Source: Pavona decussata
Taxonomy: Eukaryota
Direction: 5' to 3'
Assembly: GCA_977016875.1 (NCBI GenBank)
Contig: CDRNST010000051.1
Coordinates: 1,302,001-1,366,000, forward strand
Length of the DNA stretch: 64,000 nucleotides
Part shown: positions 36,004 to 49,738 of the stretch, piece by piece
How the letters are laid out: each line of letters opens with the position of its first letter
Numbering within the stretch: position 1 is the stretch's first letter
The notes under the pieces: model-generated
What the model was told of the DNA's origin: nothing
Databases searched by the model: none
The model's input: only the letters and a program-made list of their open reading frames with translations
Program-made: the position numbers and the translations under genes

Positions 36004-39000
36004 ATTTCAAATGAACCTCGAGTTGAACTTTCCTTGTATAATCTCTGAACCTTCAACCAGATTTTTTTTTTTTTTTTTTTTAATTTGTTTCCGCAAAACG
36101 ATAAGACATTAAAAATAATTTCTTTTCGTATCCGAGGTCGCAAATGAGCCTGTCCTGCATGGTTTTACTGTGAATAGACGCCTTGATGATCACAATTAGG
36201 TAATCAAAACTTGCTGTAACGCCTTGCATTTTGGTGCTTGGTCCGGGAGAGGGGACTTTGAAGACAACAACAACAACAACAACAACAATAACAACGGCAA
36301 CATAACTTACATGGTTATTCGCATCAAAATCCATCTCCTAGAAACATAATCAGACTGCATGATACAATTCAATTTTTTAAATTGAAAAAACTGAAAGACC
36401 CTGACAGAATTCGACGGCTTATGCCAATCATTAAGCTCTTTTTTTTGCAATTATTTTTGACAGATTTGCATACACAAATCAGCTATCGTGTATGTTGTTT
36501 AGACTTATTCCGTTAAGTCTCTCCTGCTTTTCTGGTCTGAAATTTTCTCTTATGATCAATGTTTCAACGCTCTTTCTATTTCTTGTAGTTATATAGCACT
36601 CGTTCCTTTTTGAAATTATAACACTGAAGGCTATGTCACCTCGATACAAAATCTTCTTACTTCGGAAGTTTTCATACAGTCTCAAAATCGTGCCGTTGTT
36701 CGACATTATTGGTCTGAAACTTGGTATTTTATGATCAGATTCACGAAGCCTTCCTAAATAGGCCATTTGCGAGTTGCTGTGAACCTCACTATGAAAGCGA
36801 GGCTAAGTGCAAATTTTCATAACAAAAACTTTGCACTAAGCTTCGCTTTCATAAGAAGGTTCAAAGGGGCTCGGAAACGTTCTATTAAGATCTATCTTTA
36901 GTATTGTTTATGAAAAATAGTTTATTGGTATTCTAACAATAGGATATAGTTAAAAGCAGTGTTTAAAAGTAAAAATAAAATTGTTTCTAAGATACGTGTT
37001 AAGCATCCCCTTTGGGAAATCGTGAAAAAAAAGCTTACGGCAAATTAATCCGAATTAAAGCGAAATGAAGAACAAATTACCTTTTTGAGCAATATCCAGT
37101 TTTATTTACTCGTGTTGGTGTTTGGATTGCTTTTTTTTTTTTTTTTTTTACTTTATATTGGATTTTAATGTAAGGAATGTATAAAAAAATATATATATTC
37201 CAGCAAGTTCAGTCATTTATTCCCCATTCATCTCGTTTTTCATAGTTTAGCTATGTAGTTTTCTTTTGTTATACTTATTGTACTCGTGTTAGCCCTGTAA
37301 ATTAGTCCGTCTGTGCCTTGTGTTTATGCGGATTAGTTGATCCGACGTAAGCTCTCTCGATGAGCACTTAGTTGTTCTTAGAGCAAATGTCGCGTTCAAA
37401 TGTTGTTAAAATAAATAAAAAAGAATATAAACGTTATAATTAAAAGAAAGACAACTTCAGTTTCAATTTGTCAGCATATTTTTGTCATGGAAAATATATA
37501 TTTGTCGACTTGGAGCAAACCATTTCAATAAAACATTTTTACTAAAAAACTATCTCGGTCTCTTGGATTAAATTTGCGTACAAAATTGGTGCGTCAGAAA
37601 GCCTTTTTTTGTAGTAAGTTTAGTCCGATGGACAAGAATCAGAATTTCATTGAATGGCCGCTTTTCACAAGAATTTCATCCGCAGTCTCAAAATTTAGAG
37701 AGACATTTCATGACTGTCAATAAGACAAAGAGTTGTACAACAAAAGCATTTTTCTACTCTGGTGTACTAATGGCGCATCTTAACGGCTGATGATAATTCG
37801 CATAGTCAGTTAGTGGGGCGGTGTGAGGCAGCGTTACAGTGTTCACAGTACCGTAGTTCTGTTGTTCCAGTGAAGTGCGATTAGGATGCAGCAGCGCATT
37901 CATGGGCTCTGAATAAGAAACGCAAGGGGTTGAGGGAGATGCTGGTTTTATTTTCGCGTTTGGGCTTTGAGTATTTCGCTGCTCCCGTTCTATAATTATC
38001 TCGCAAGTAGCCAGTGACTTCCCCCGCGGGGAGGTCGGGCATACTCACGGGTTTTAACTCTTCACCAAGCTATTGGATCTGTTCAGTTCTAGCTTACAGA
38101 ATGTGGTAGCAGAACACAAGTTGCACACTGCCGCATTTTTATGTTCTTACCGTTTTTGAAGTCATCTGTGCTGTACGTTTAACAAATAAATTAAGTGAGA
38201 AGTATTTAAAAAATTAGACAAATTGGGGGTGGAGGGGGGGGGGGGGCAATCGTGGCCTATCAGTACCTTGTCAGGGTGTTCCCTTTTAAGGTTTATTTTA
38301 TTTCATAAGAATTCAACCGAATCTCTCTTTTAAAACCAAAGAAAATTTTTAAAATTACCCGACCAGATTTCGAACAGTTTACATTATTTTTAGAAAGTAA
38401 AATCGGTCCACCTCCCTTCCCCTCCCCTCCCCTACCCTCCCAGCCATTCGTGCTAAAAATAACCAAACTGTGTCAAATTCTCGGAAACAAAGTTTTCCTG
38501 TATGCGAAAACATAAATTAACATTTAATTGTCCAACTTAGTGTAACTCTGAATATCAATAGTTTGAAGCTTTCGGAAGCTTGACCAAAATGCTCCAAAAA
38601 AAAAAAAAAAAAAAGATCTGTTGCCTTTCCCTTCACTTCCCGAAAAGAAAAGATCACAAGGCTCCCCCACCCTCCCGGGAACAAATTCTCGGAAACCGAT
38701 TTTTATTTCTAAGTAAGTATTAAATTATTCATCATTATGCACTTTACACGTTATAACGAAACAGAACATATCTTGGTTAAAGTTTGATCACTGATGCTCA
38801 AGAAAGACCAGTGTTGGCGCTGTGATACTATATGTTCAGCGACGACTGCAAAGATCTACTGCGGCAGATGTGAAGTGGCATATTACTGTAGCAAAAAGTG
38901 TAAGAGTAGCGATGAGTTTCGACATCAAGTGGATTGCCAGACGGCTTCGTTGAAGAGGAAATGTTCTGGATGCGGAAAGGAGAAGACTGGGCTGAAACCG

Positions 39001-39509
39001 TGTGGAAGCTGTCGTCAAGCTTGGTACTGCGATAAAGAATGCCAGAAGAAATCCTGGCCGACACATAAAGCACACTGCCAACAGGTGACAAAGGAGATCA
39101 GTGAACTTGCTCATCGGATGAAATTTAGATTTGACGTCGACGAGTTCATGCACTTTTATGGCATAGGAGATGCTTTATATTACTGGGGTAACATTCCTGC
39201 GACAGATCTCATCAACCTTCCTCTGAACGAAGGCTGTGACTATTCCAAACCTTTGTCGATTCTCGCTTGTGGCGTTGGAGACCCAAGGAATGTGGTGTTG
39301 TCCTTGGCTCAGCTTCCAGAATCTTATCAAGAACAGGTCACCTTTGTCTTAAACGACATTTGCGCCTGTACACTGGCGAGGACAGTTCTTATTCTGTACA
39401 TGCTTTTCAAAGGTAATCCCTTCTTTACTATTATCCTATCATGTTTAAAACGACAACGCAACGATGTTGTTCTTTTGGCAATATCCAGTTAATATTGCTT
39501 ATACGTGAG

Positions 39510-40050
39510 TGTTCTGAGGGGCTCAGTTTCCTATCTTAATAATTCTAACGGCTTAAATGCACAGCTATGGAAGTATGTTAACGACACAGCAACTTCTGAG
39601 GTTGTCGCCAAATTAAAGGCAAAGAAAGCAAGGCAGAACTTCAAGTAGCTCAGTGGTCCTCTGACAATAGAGTAAAAGTAAATAGTGGCAACTGTAAAGA
39701 ACTTAGAATCTCATTTGGCAAGAGTCAATCTTGAGCTTGAACCTATATTGTACTAGAAAGAACCTAGATTGTGCCTGAAGATCGAGCAAAACTGCTAGAT
39801 GTAATGATGTCAAATAACCTACCATGGAACGGTCATGTTAGTGGAGTAGTTAAGAAAGCATCTAAGCGTTTGTATTTTTTTTACAGCTGAAAAGGGCAAA
39901 TCTACCTTGCCAGGACCTGGTGCCGTTTTATACCACATGTATTAGATCTATCGTAACTTGAATGGGCAATACCCTTTTTTTTCACTATACTGTGTTTATG
40001 TATTTGAAGTGTGAATTGAAAGGCGTCCAGAAAAAAGCATTTGGAAATTA
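39510..40050 (+). mobile_element. Degenerate CR1/L2-like LINE reverse-transcriptase fragment in the g10 intron
   Basis: Encodes LWKYVNDTATSEVV (decayed YVDD motif, ~39565) and AKLLDVMMSNNLPWNGHVSGVVKKASKRLYF-QLKRANLPCQDLVPFYTTCIRS (~39786-39950), with frameshifts. Confidence 0.75.
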
Positions 40051-40813
40051 TCTGTACGCTACCACGCGCTCTCATCATCCTGTTACACTTTTGTTTAATC
40101 TCCTATGAGATGTTTTGACGTGCAGTATGTCTGAACACTTGTAGTCTTGTTTGTATTTTGACTGGGCCCGGGAGGTCGTCAGGCCTGAAATACAAAAAAC
40201 TCATTAAAATATATCTACGTTAACTACACGTTATTGAAACATTTTTATAAAAATCTATAGTCACATTTATAAGATCGGCCACTGTTGTTGTGTGCCTTGA
40301 CCCTGGAGTAAGTTTCTTCCTCCAGCAATCGAAACCGAAATTAATGAGTAAATCCATATTCACAGGAGGAAAAGAAGTCGCAAGTTCAGTGACGCAGATT
40401 TGGTATTCCTTATGGCTCAGTGAAGAAGACTATCAGTTCGTTACCCGCACGTTACGAGAGCTGATTCAGGCATCCAGCCTTGAAGAACCGACAGGGGGCA
40501 CCATGAGGGTGACGCAAGTCCAGTTAAAGAGAATGGCTGAGGTTTGGAGCACCTGGCTTAAAATCAGTTCCCGCGGAGGAGACTGGATTACTCAGGCTCG
40601 ATGCAGACGCCTTCAGAATGTTGAAGTTCGAGAGCGAACGGAGGTATACTCGGAAGAATTCCCCAAGGAGCACAAAAAATCCGCGTCCGAGTGGTTTGTG
40701 AACGGCATTCTGTCACCAAAGGAATCTCGAAAAGTGCTTCCTCGAGAGAATTTTACCCTGACTGGGTCTGACTTTTCATATAGTTGTAATAAGGGCGATT
40801 TCACGTACAAACT

Positions 40814-42458
40814 TCGCCCAGAATTCTGTTGTCTTTGGCGACATGTACTTGCAGTGCCCTGTTTATCAACGGGCGGCATAATAATTTGCGTATGTGGAAC
40901 TACTCGGCTGTAATTGGTCAACAGGTCTCGTTTTGGGAATACGTAAGTCCCTTTGCACATTTCAGCTGCTGTCAATCAAACGGTTGAATGCGCTTAGTAA
41001 ATCCCAAGGTGGGATGAAGTAACAACAGCGCTCTAATTAAAGGCGCGCCGGACTCTTTTAAAAAGAATTTTATCAAAAAGTTCGCGTGCAGCGAAATTTT
41101 TATTTAACTCGATGGAAACTGATAGTCAAGCGTCTGACTTCTAAAACCATAAGAACGCGTGGTTTTACAAACGGCGCTTTAATAAATCAACCTGCGATCA
41201 GAGGAAATTTTCCGCGTCGATTTTCGTCTCACTTTTCGTTGGTTTTCGCACAAACCTCGTCGAGAGAATATAAAAGCAAAAAAAAAAAAAAAGAATTATT
41301 GACCTGATCATAGTTTCATAGCTAGTGCGATGTGCGAATCAGTTGTTGAGTGTTTAATCAGTTGAGGATGGGCTAGTGCTGGAAACTTTAGTTTCCAAAT
41401 TCGCCGCGGCAGCTATATTCACGCTGCTCCGCTGGCGCATCGCAGCTCTTAAGAGAGCTCCCGATCAACGCGTTGCATTTCTTTCACGGAACACATTTTC
41501 AATATCAGATTTTGAACTTTTCTCGAGCGTTTCTGCGGTACACTTGCAGCGGCAGAAGATGGTGTATGTAAATTAGAGCTCAATGTGCAACAATAAAAAG
41601 ACTTGCATGCGCGTCGTCAGTGGTTACGCATAAACAAACCTGTCGCTTAAAACAAAGTTTTAAAGCATGTTATCATGGAAAGTTCTTTTAGCGAGTTTAA
41701 GAGACAGCGATGCCTTGATTTATTTGAGCTCACTTTGTGACGTGAATACGACTGGCTCGTATTCTTCTGCAAAGTACCTTAAAGTAGGAAACAAAACTCG
41801 GAAACATTTAACAGCGATTCAAGATTAAAGTAATCGTGCGGTAGCGTTTCGACTTGAATGCGATGCCACATGCGCTATTGTTCGTGGAGGTGGAGCTTAG
41901 AATACATTAGTATACTCGCGGGAGTTTTGAAATAAGTCAGGTGCGTTCTCATGGGATTCACCACAGGCAAAAACTAGAGAGATCAGACTTGTGGTGTCAG
42001 AAATTCCGTTAAAGCCAGAACTTCCAACCGTCAAAATCATACGAAAATTTATGTGAAGCTTCGTTAAAAGCTTGACTGCCATAGCCACATGATAAAACAG
42101 AAATTGGGGTATTAGTTCAACAGAAATCCAGTGTTAATGTGAATCAAAAGCGACTTCCCATACCCACTGGTGACTAAAATGGCCACATTTCAGATTAAAA
42201 TAGCCAGAGTTTATAGAAGGACTAAAAAGTCGATAATGGTCAAATATTTTTTATTTATCCCTGTTCTGTATAAGCCATATGAAAAAACTATGAAATGTTG
42301 AGTAGTTTGGACAAAAACTCGAAAAACGCAAGCCATATTCGACAATTTCAGATCATTTTCTCTTTTGTTTGACGCCCGCTTAGCTGATTACCTTTTAAAT
42401 TTACCGCCGGCGGCGTAGTCAAGGTCCCGGATATGTCGTTGCATTCTGGGCGATTGAA
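40814..42458. mobile_element. Unclassified non-coding insertion with 11-bp (sub)terminal inverted repeats
   Basis: TCGCCCAGAAT (40814-40824) and ATTCTGGGCGA (42443-42453). It interrupts the g10 reading frame at a reconstructed CTTAAG site. No convincing TSD or ORF. Confidence 0.7.
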
Positions 42459-43366
42459 TTAAGTCACCCGTCACCCCATTCAACGGATGGGACTACAAAG
42501 ATGTCCGGCAGTGGGGCCACTCCTCATCAATCCTTAAAATGTACAGCGAGTATGTGAGTCACGTGCTCGAGAAATGCGCCTTAAAGTTGGCCACCGGACA
42601 AGTCAAGTTCCAATTCCTGCTGTGCAACTGTATGGAGATCCGTCGATTCCTTCTTCCAGACTGGAAATATGACCGAGTAACCACCTCAAATATTGCTGAC
42701 TATGTTCCTCTGACCAAACTTCTGGACACGTGTGAGCCACTGCTAAACACCAGTAACCCTTTCTCAGTTATCATAACCGAGTTTCACAGCTGGATTAAAT
42801 ACACAAATTTGATGAAAGAAACAGCGCAACGCACTGATCCGCACATGCCACCAGGGGAAAGTTTTCGCAAAAAGGTTCTTGAAGGCACCAAAGATCCCGC
42901 CATTTCCAGTTCTAGAGCTCTCGAAAGTTTTGTGGAGTACCACGACCATAGTGCTGAATTCATCCAATTTCTCCGCGCATCTTTGCTGATTTTTGAGATC
43001 CCGGATAAACGTAATTGCAGGCGCACATGGAGGTCAGTGGCTGATCATAATGGGCTGATTGCTCGAAATTTCCTTCTCTGTCAAAATCGAGTCTTTCCAG
43101 CCAGGTGGATGGTAAATTGTCGCAAAGTTTGCAGATTGAATGGCTTTGTAAGAGCCGTCGAGTGGACTGCATGTCATACCTTAGTAGACTCTTCATGAAA
43201 AACTCTAAATACTTCACATAGTGGCTCTTTGAAGCAAAGTAATGTTATCCACGAGGTGCACAAAGTTAAATAGAGACTCTAAAAATAGTCGAATAGTTTT
43301 TCAGTAGTGTGAGGTAATAATATTTTTTTTTTGATAATTTGCTATGGATGTACAAGTACCTTATAC

Positions 43367-46300
43367 CAGTGTTCTCCCTTTTTTTCAGCACAGCAGGTAA
43401 AAGAGCATTTTAAACCAGCAAAGTAAGCAGGGAATCGCAGCCTTGTTTATTAGGTCTGCTCAGTACATTACATGAAATTGAAATTTGCCCCCTTCTTGTC
43501 AACTTCAGCGCCGACCTTATTAAAAAAAACCTTGACAGATACAAGTTTTGCCCTCATTGCTAAGTAGTTTGTGTGAGTATTAAATACAATACAAAAGAAT
43601 AATGGTTGTCAGAACGTTCCTTGTAATTTTCTTGTTGTTCCTGTCAGCTTGTTGCAGCAGTAGCACTTAAGAGCTAACATGGAAAGCAAAACCGGTTTCT
43701 GCTTAGCCTTTTTTTTTCAGACACTTGGTCAACCTCTCAATACATGAATCATCAATACAATAGTAACTTGCTCTAGTTCTAAGCTGAGTCCCCTTATTGA
43801 ATTGTTCACCAGAAGAACATTTCAAAAAAGAAAAGGAATTATCAAATTCATATCAGAATGTAAATCTAAACTTTCAGCTTCTTTGAAAACGTAAGTAAAA
43901 TTATTAAAAGTCATCTTCATTGAAGTCTGACTGATAAGCTTCATCTGCACTGTCTGCTTCAATCTCATCTTGACAGACATTCATCTGTAACAAGATCTCA
44001 TTGATGTTTGCAGGACCACCACCATCCTCATTTGCATTAGCCTCCATGTGAACTTGGGTGAACTCCCTTTCATCTTCTGGGCCAGCTTCTCGGGCAACCC
44101 CAGAGTTAACCTCTTCCTCCTCTGGTTCAGCTAAGGGAATTTTATCAACCTTCAGTTTAAAAACAATTGTTGAATTATTAGAATGTGGTAGGCTAGTCCA
44201 CCAGAAACCAAAACTGGAAGCAACACAGATATAAGGCTCAGTGAGACACCAAGCGGAAACAGTTTTCAGTAAAACGGTTTTGTTTACCTGCAAATCGGCG
44301 ACTCCCTCAGGCTCAAACTAAGTACCAGTGCTCACGAACACTTTCTTACATGTACTTGCCAAGACATCTCCTGGAGTCCTTTTGTTCCTCTTTTTCTGGC
44401 TAAGCCACATCTTAGCAGACTCCCTGATGAGCTGTTCACACTCTTCTGTGCAAACTTCGGGACCATTTATGGCAATGTGAAGGAGGCTTTCCAACATCTT
44501 GTTTGAAAGACGCGATCTGAGTCTCGTTTTTATTCTCTTTATGGCACTCACGCCACGTTCAGGCCATGCATTTGTTATTGGCAAGCTTAGTATTGCTTCT
44601 GCAAATGAGCTGAGAAGGGGGAAAAGACTGTTCATTTGAAGCAGTTTCTTCAACACAACCTCAGCTTGCGTTTCCCCTGTCAGCTGGGATGTCGAATCTC
44701 GCCATGTGGAACTTGAATTACTCAAACTCAGCAACTACCTCTGGCACTTTTTCCGGTGCATAGATCTTTCCAATTTCTTGAATTTCGGCTTTCCCATAGT
44801 CTAGAAAAGCTTCTGACTCAGGCAAAGGAAGGAGGTTTTCTTGTTGGAATTTTCAAACAAAGACCACAGCTGTCGAAGATTTGTTTCAACTACTGAAATG
44901 TAATTGACAGTGTTATTTGCGCTTGAACACGCAAGAGCCAGTCGGTGGCAAACACACCACAGTTGCTGCATTATTGCTGGGCTTCCATTCTTCAAATGTT
45001 CCTCTTGCTTTTTCTTGAGTTTTACGCCAACGCCGTTTTTGTTTCCTGTAAACACAGAAGCACCATCAGACGCCAACCCTGCAAGTGAGGCCCACTGTAG
45101 CTTATTGTTGTTTATCTGTTGACTTATTGCATCCACGATGGCAACAGAGTTTGCACTCTTGTGGTGCTCCAGAAGATTTTGAATGGAGAGAAACTTTGTG
45201 TGAATCTGTGCATGAGATACGTATTGTACAAAAGTAACCAGTTGTTCCATAACGGCAATGTCACTTACTTCATCGCAAAGCAAGGAAAAGTAACCACCAT
45301 TCGCAACTGTCTGGACTAACTTGCCTTTGAGGACTTGACCAATTGCCAGGAAGATCTCTTGCCTACATCTTTCCGATCGATGTGTGAAGTACTTCATATC
45401 CTGTATCCCATACTGAGTTGGAAAGGCTATTAGTGGCAAAACCTTCATGTTGGGAATTTCTTCTTTGGCAATGAAATAGAATACCGCAAATGCCTGTACA
45501 AGCACCTCGTCAGCCACTTCAGCTTTCTTTTCTATTTCCTTTTGTAACCACGATGCCTGCTGCAGAAGTTCTAGCCTTACTGACTGCTTGTGTTCCTCTG
45601 ACTTATCATGTTCTGATATCGCTACCTCCCTGAAGCGTGTACCGCGTGTGTTAACATATTTCACGACTTTCCCTGTTTTCATATGCTTATTACAAAGACA
45701 ACAAAACATTCCCTCATCTTCTTTAAGTGCCAACCACCATATACCAGTTTTAGGACAGAATACAGTCATCAATCCATTCATGTTTGAAAACAAGCGACTT
45801 TGATGGTAATTGTCTCTTAACTTCAGTGAAAGACAGCGACTTGCAGCCGTTTTTGGCACAGAGCACATGATTGTGCAGTACATAGTGATCTTCAGCACCG
45901 CCAAAAGTTTCTTCTAGGATGCGTAGGTGATGTTCCTCTGAAATAACAGATGGTTTAAAGGGAGCATTTCCTGATGCTGGTTCCAAGGGTAGATTTGAAC
46001 ATGTTGTATCTTTGGCTTGTACTTGATTTTCCATCAATGTACGTAGGTGATGTGCTTTCCAAGACGACAGGTGTTTCTTTCTCAAGTTGTTTAGCCACTT
46101 GATCGCCAATGTTGTCGTTTCCTGATAAAAACATTTTCTTTTAAAAGACATCCATCTAATACGCATTACAGTCTACTAATTTTACACCTTTGGCATTAGA
46201 TGTCAAATGAAATTGAACAGCATTTTCATTTACAAGTGTTTTATTCTTTGTCTTAATTCTCTTGCCCTAAAGTCAAAGAAAAATAGACAAAAGCCACTTC

Positions 46301-47046
46301 CGGGGTATCCTTGTTGTGCTTACATGAAGTGTCACTACAGAATCATCGGTCTTCTCTCGATGCAAACGAAATTCGCTGCATATTCGTTTTCATCCACGTT
46401 CTGGAAGGGTTTTATTGTCAAGGATTCTCTCAAAACGTCGTCTGAAGAAGATTTTAAACACTTTTGACCTGAATGTGGAGCATTTCGTGACAAGATGAAG
46501 TTTTCGATCACACGTGAATGTTGGTCAATTTAGCAACACCAGTTTTCTAAAGCCGCCGGATAGTTGGGTGGGAAGTTCAAGGAACTGCTTTTCCCGCATT
46601 GATTGCAAATCAAACACTTGCAACGTCTAAAGTAAAATTACTTTACCTGTAACTGTTTCCATTCGTGACTTCTTGCCATTGCCAACGGAGAGAAATGAAA
46701 ACAACGTTCGTTGTCGCTTCATCGTGAAACTGAACGTAAACAACTACCGATGCACGTGCGAAGAAATGACATCTGTCACGATGGAATTGTGGTAGAAAGC
46801 CCGCCAAAAATTCGCGGAGTTCGAAAGCCACAGATAGTGCTCCCAAACCATAGCCCGCGCAGTTTATCTTTTAATCTGTTTATTTCTTCTTTTACAAGGA
46901 TAAAATACCGATTGCGTCGCTGAAACAGCAACATTTTTTTTCTTTTACCTGTTTAATTTTCAAGAATTCCAAGGGATTTTAGGCGGTAACGAGTGGTGCT
47001 ACAGGCGGTGAATTTTACCGGTTACCGCCTGAAAAGGAGAACACTG
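43367..47046 (-). mobile_element. hAT-superfamily DNA transposon (ZNF862-like transposase, decayed) with a 5-bp TSD
   Basis: TIR CAGTGTTCTCC at 43367 and GGAGAACACTG ending at 47046. TATAC lies directly outside both ends. Confidence 0.88.
44318..46166 (-). pseudogene. Fragmented hAT transposase
   Basis: ORF 44801-45904 has a BED/TTF-like CxxC...H, FSLLCDEVSD (first catalytic D), ASDGASV (second D) and CVCHRLALA (CxxH). ORF 44318-44734 has the hATC dimerisation motif LPITNAWPERGVSAIKRIKTRLRSRL. The pieces lie in different frames with an apparent internal deletion. Confidence 0.85.
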
Positions 47047-47393
47047 TATACTAGAGTTACTCCGCAGCATAAAAAAAGGTAAAGTGATCCATGGAACATC
47101 CTGTTTTTTCAAGCATTCTGAGTTAACAGAAGTTTTGTTTTTTTCGCAGTGAATTTTTAAATCCATTGGGAGTTTTGTAGATGAGATTACATGTATTACT
47201 GACCTTAGATCAGTGCAGACTAGTTAAACTACATACCATGACGACCATGTGCAATGGAAAATTTGAAGGTCGAAGAGAATGTTACTTACAAGGAGAATGA
47301 CGAAAAGCGAATTTATCTGTTTACCTTTATATTCCATACTCTTCTGTGTTAAGGTAATCAAGGAATGTTTCCTCACGTTTCTTGCCAAAGTTT

Positions 47394-47918
47394 NNNNNNN
47401 NNNNNNNNNNNNNNNNNNNNNNNNNNNNNNNNNNNNNNNNNNNNNNNNNNNNNNNNNNNNNNNNNNNNNNNNNNNNNNNNNNNNNNNNNNNNNNNNNNNN
47501 NNNNNNNNNNNNNNNNNNNNNNNNNNNNNNNNNNNNNNNNNNNNNNNNNNNNNNNNNNNNNNNNNNNNNNNNNNNNNNNNNNNNNNNNNNNNNNNNNNNN
47601 NNNNNNNNNNNNNNNNNNNNNNNNNNNNNNNNNNNNNNNNNNNNNNNNNNNNNNNNNNNNNNNNNNNNNNNNNNNNNNNNNNNNNNNNNNNNNNNNNNNN
47701 NNNNNNNNNNNNCTACTGNNNNNNNNNNNNNNNNNNNNNNNNNNNNNNNNNNNNNNNNNNNNNNNNNNNNNNNNNNNNNNNNNNNNNNNNNNNNNNNNNN
47801 NNNNNNNNNNNNNNNNNNNNNNNNNNNNNNNNNNNNNNNNNNNNNNNNNNNNNNNNNNNNNNNNNNNNNNNNNNNNNNNNNNNNNNNNNNNNNNNNNNNN
47901 NNNNNNNNNNNNNNNNNN
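47394..47918. other. Assembly gap (N run with a 6-nt island)
   Basis: Run of N. Confidence 0.98.
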
Positions 47919-48014
47919 TCCAAAACGAATAAATTAAGTAAGAAATATTAAAAGCTACAAAGAGGGTGAAATTGATGAATTAATAGAAAATTAAGATTTC
48001 TTCATTGATGTAAC

Positions 48015-48078
48015 AACGTTCCGCTTACCAGAATTATGGACACGTCTAAGCCACTGCTAAACTCCAGCAACCCTTCTC
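48015..48078 (+). pseudogene. Tiny relic of a subfamily B exon 2
   Basis: Encodes NVPLTRIMDTSKPLLNSSNPS, matching YVPLTKLLDTCKPLLNxSNPS of the B copies. Confidence 0.7.
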
Positions 48079-48079
48079 T

Positions 48080-48480
48080 TGATCGAGCTTATTCTCCTGA
48101 ATTTTGATCTTTGGCGAAATATCGTCAAATTTGCCAATTTGCTGTATTCGTCAAATTTGCCACTTTGTTGGTATCCTTGTCTTGAGCTCATCCGCCTGAA
48201 TTTTGGTCTTTGGCGAAATATCGTCAAATTCGCCATGCCTGGCCTCCATGTGTTTAGCTTATTGTATGCATTTGGCACTTTGACAAAATTTTGCCAAATT
48301 TGTCACATTCGCCAAAATCGTCAAATCCACCAACATGGCATGCTTCCCTGTGTTAATTTAGCCCTGCATTTGCATTTATTTGAGAATTTGGTGAAATCTT
48401 GCCAAATTCGTCGCCATTATGACTGTGGCAAGATTTCGTCAAAATTGCCAAATTCGCCATTGCCTGCATTGGTGGACATA
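48080..48480. repeat. Degenerate satellite-like repeat built on TTTGGCGAAATATCGTCAAATT(T/C)GCCA
   Basis: Direct copies at ~48109 and ~48209, plus many GCCAAATT/CGTCAAA sub-units. Confidence 0.6.
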
Positions 48481-49321
48481 AATGCATTACCACATCAATA
48501 GTTTACCGAGCTTTTGTGGAATTACCACGACACTTGTGCGGAGTCAAGTTCCTCCGCGCAGCTGGTATACCCTGTACGGCCTTGCTCAGCTTCTTTACGT
48601 TTACACCCCCTTATATACCCCCCCCCCCCCGTCCTTTGCTATTGGCCTAATACTGAATAATTTGCCAGAGAGGAATCGGTAAATGTCCTAGCGAACTATT
48701 CCACCCTAGAACGAAAACAGTACATTACCAAATTAGCAAGGAGGCTACAACGACTCTCAAAAGTTGCTGACACTGTTCCCCTTTTTCGTGGTTTAATGTT
48801 AGTTGAGCAAACCGCGCGTCGTCACTGCTTCCGTTTTACTTTGAAACACCATTACTTGGGAGGGAAACGCTATAAACAAACAGTGTTCCAACATGTTGAG
48901 GCCAATTGTAACTGCCATAGAGAAAAAAAAACTACAGGATTAGGTTTTCAACATAGCTACCTAACTCACCCTAGTAAAATCAAGCACCTTGTTGCGAGAG
49001 GCAAGAGTACAGCCACATAAAAAAACTGAAACAAGTTATTGGCTTTATTTAGTTTAATACGTTCTGCACCCTAAAGTGATATAGTAATAGTAGTAGGCGG
49101 CCACTTTTCAAAGGTACCGACATTTTCCCAGTCAGATCATCATAGCTCTCGTGAGCGACCACGACCACGTTTTGAAGATGGTTATTTGAAACTTTCTATT
49201 GTTTTTCACCTCCCATATTAAAGCGACCACTTTACGCATGATTCGATCTCGTCATACATGCTGATTTGTATGCCTAGTTTGTAAATATACTGGTGCGCGC
49301 AAACCACAGCCCCTATCAGGG

Positions 49322-49738
49322 TAGGCTTTTGTACCGATTATGCTTTGTTTCCCCACTAAAATGCTCCACCTTAATGCTCCATTTTCCCCACTAAAATGCT
49401 CGGTCTACCTCAAAATGGTCTCTAAAATGCTCGGATAATGCTCATTATACAGAGGTTTTAACAAGGTGTTAACGCTGACACTATCAAACAAAGGTATTAC
49501 AGGGTCACAGCGAAAACAAACATGGCCGCCTTTGAGGCTTTCACAGTAAAACCCTGACTTCTCCTCAGTCTGCACTCGGCTGTATTAGGGTGGCATTTGA
49601 AATTTGTTTGAACTTCGAGTACAAGTCTTCATTTTCTCTTAAAAAATATATTTTTATTTTCTCTGAAAAAAGAATCAATTTTCTCGGAAAAAGCCACTAA
49701 AATGCTCGAAAAATGCTAGCATAATGTACAAAAGCCTA
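49322..49738. mobile_element. MITE with TAGGCTTTTGTAC terminal inverted repeats
   Basis: TAGGCTTTTGTACCGATTATGCT ... AGCATAATGTACAAAAGCCTA, with subterminal CCACTAAAATGCTC repeats. TSD unclear. Confidence 0.7.

Larger units (their letters stand above)
38794..43198 (+). pseudogene. g10: subfamily B gene; exon 1 38794-39412 intact, exon 2 40366-43198 split by a ~1.64 kb insertion
   Basis: Donor AAAG|GTAAT, acceptor CACAG|GAGGA. The frame reads ...GDFTYKL, then unrelated DNA 40814-~42458, then resumes KSPVTPFNGWDYKDVRQWG... to the stop at 43198. Confidence 0.85.

Noticed and set aside
40805-42463. The g10 insertion being removed as a new intron
   Set aside because: The nearest GT (40805) and AG (42462) are weak sites and joining them shifts the frame.
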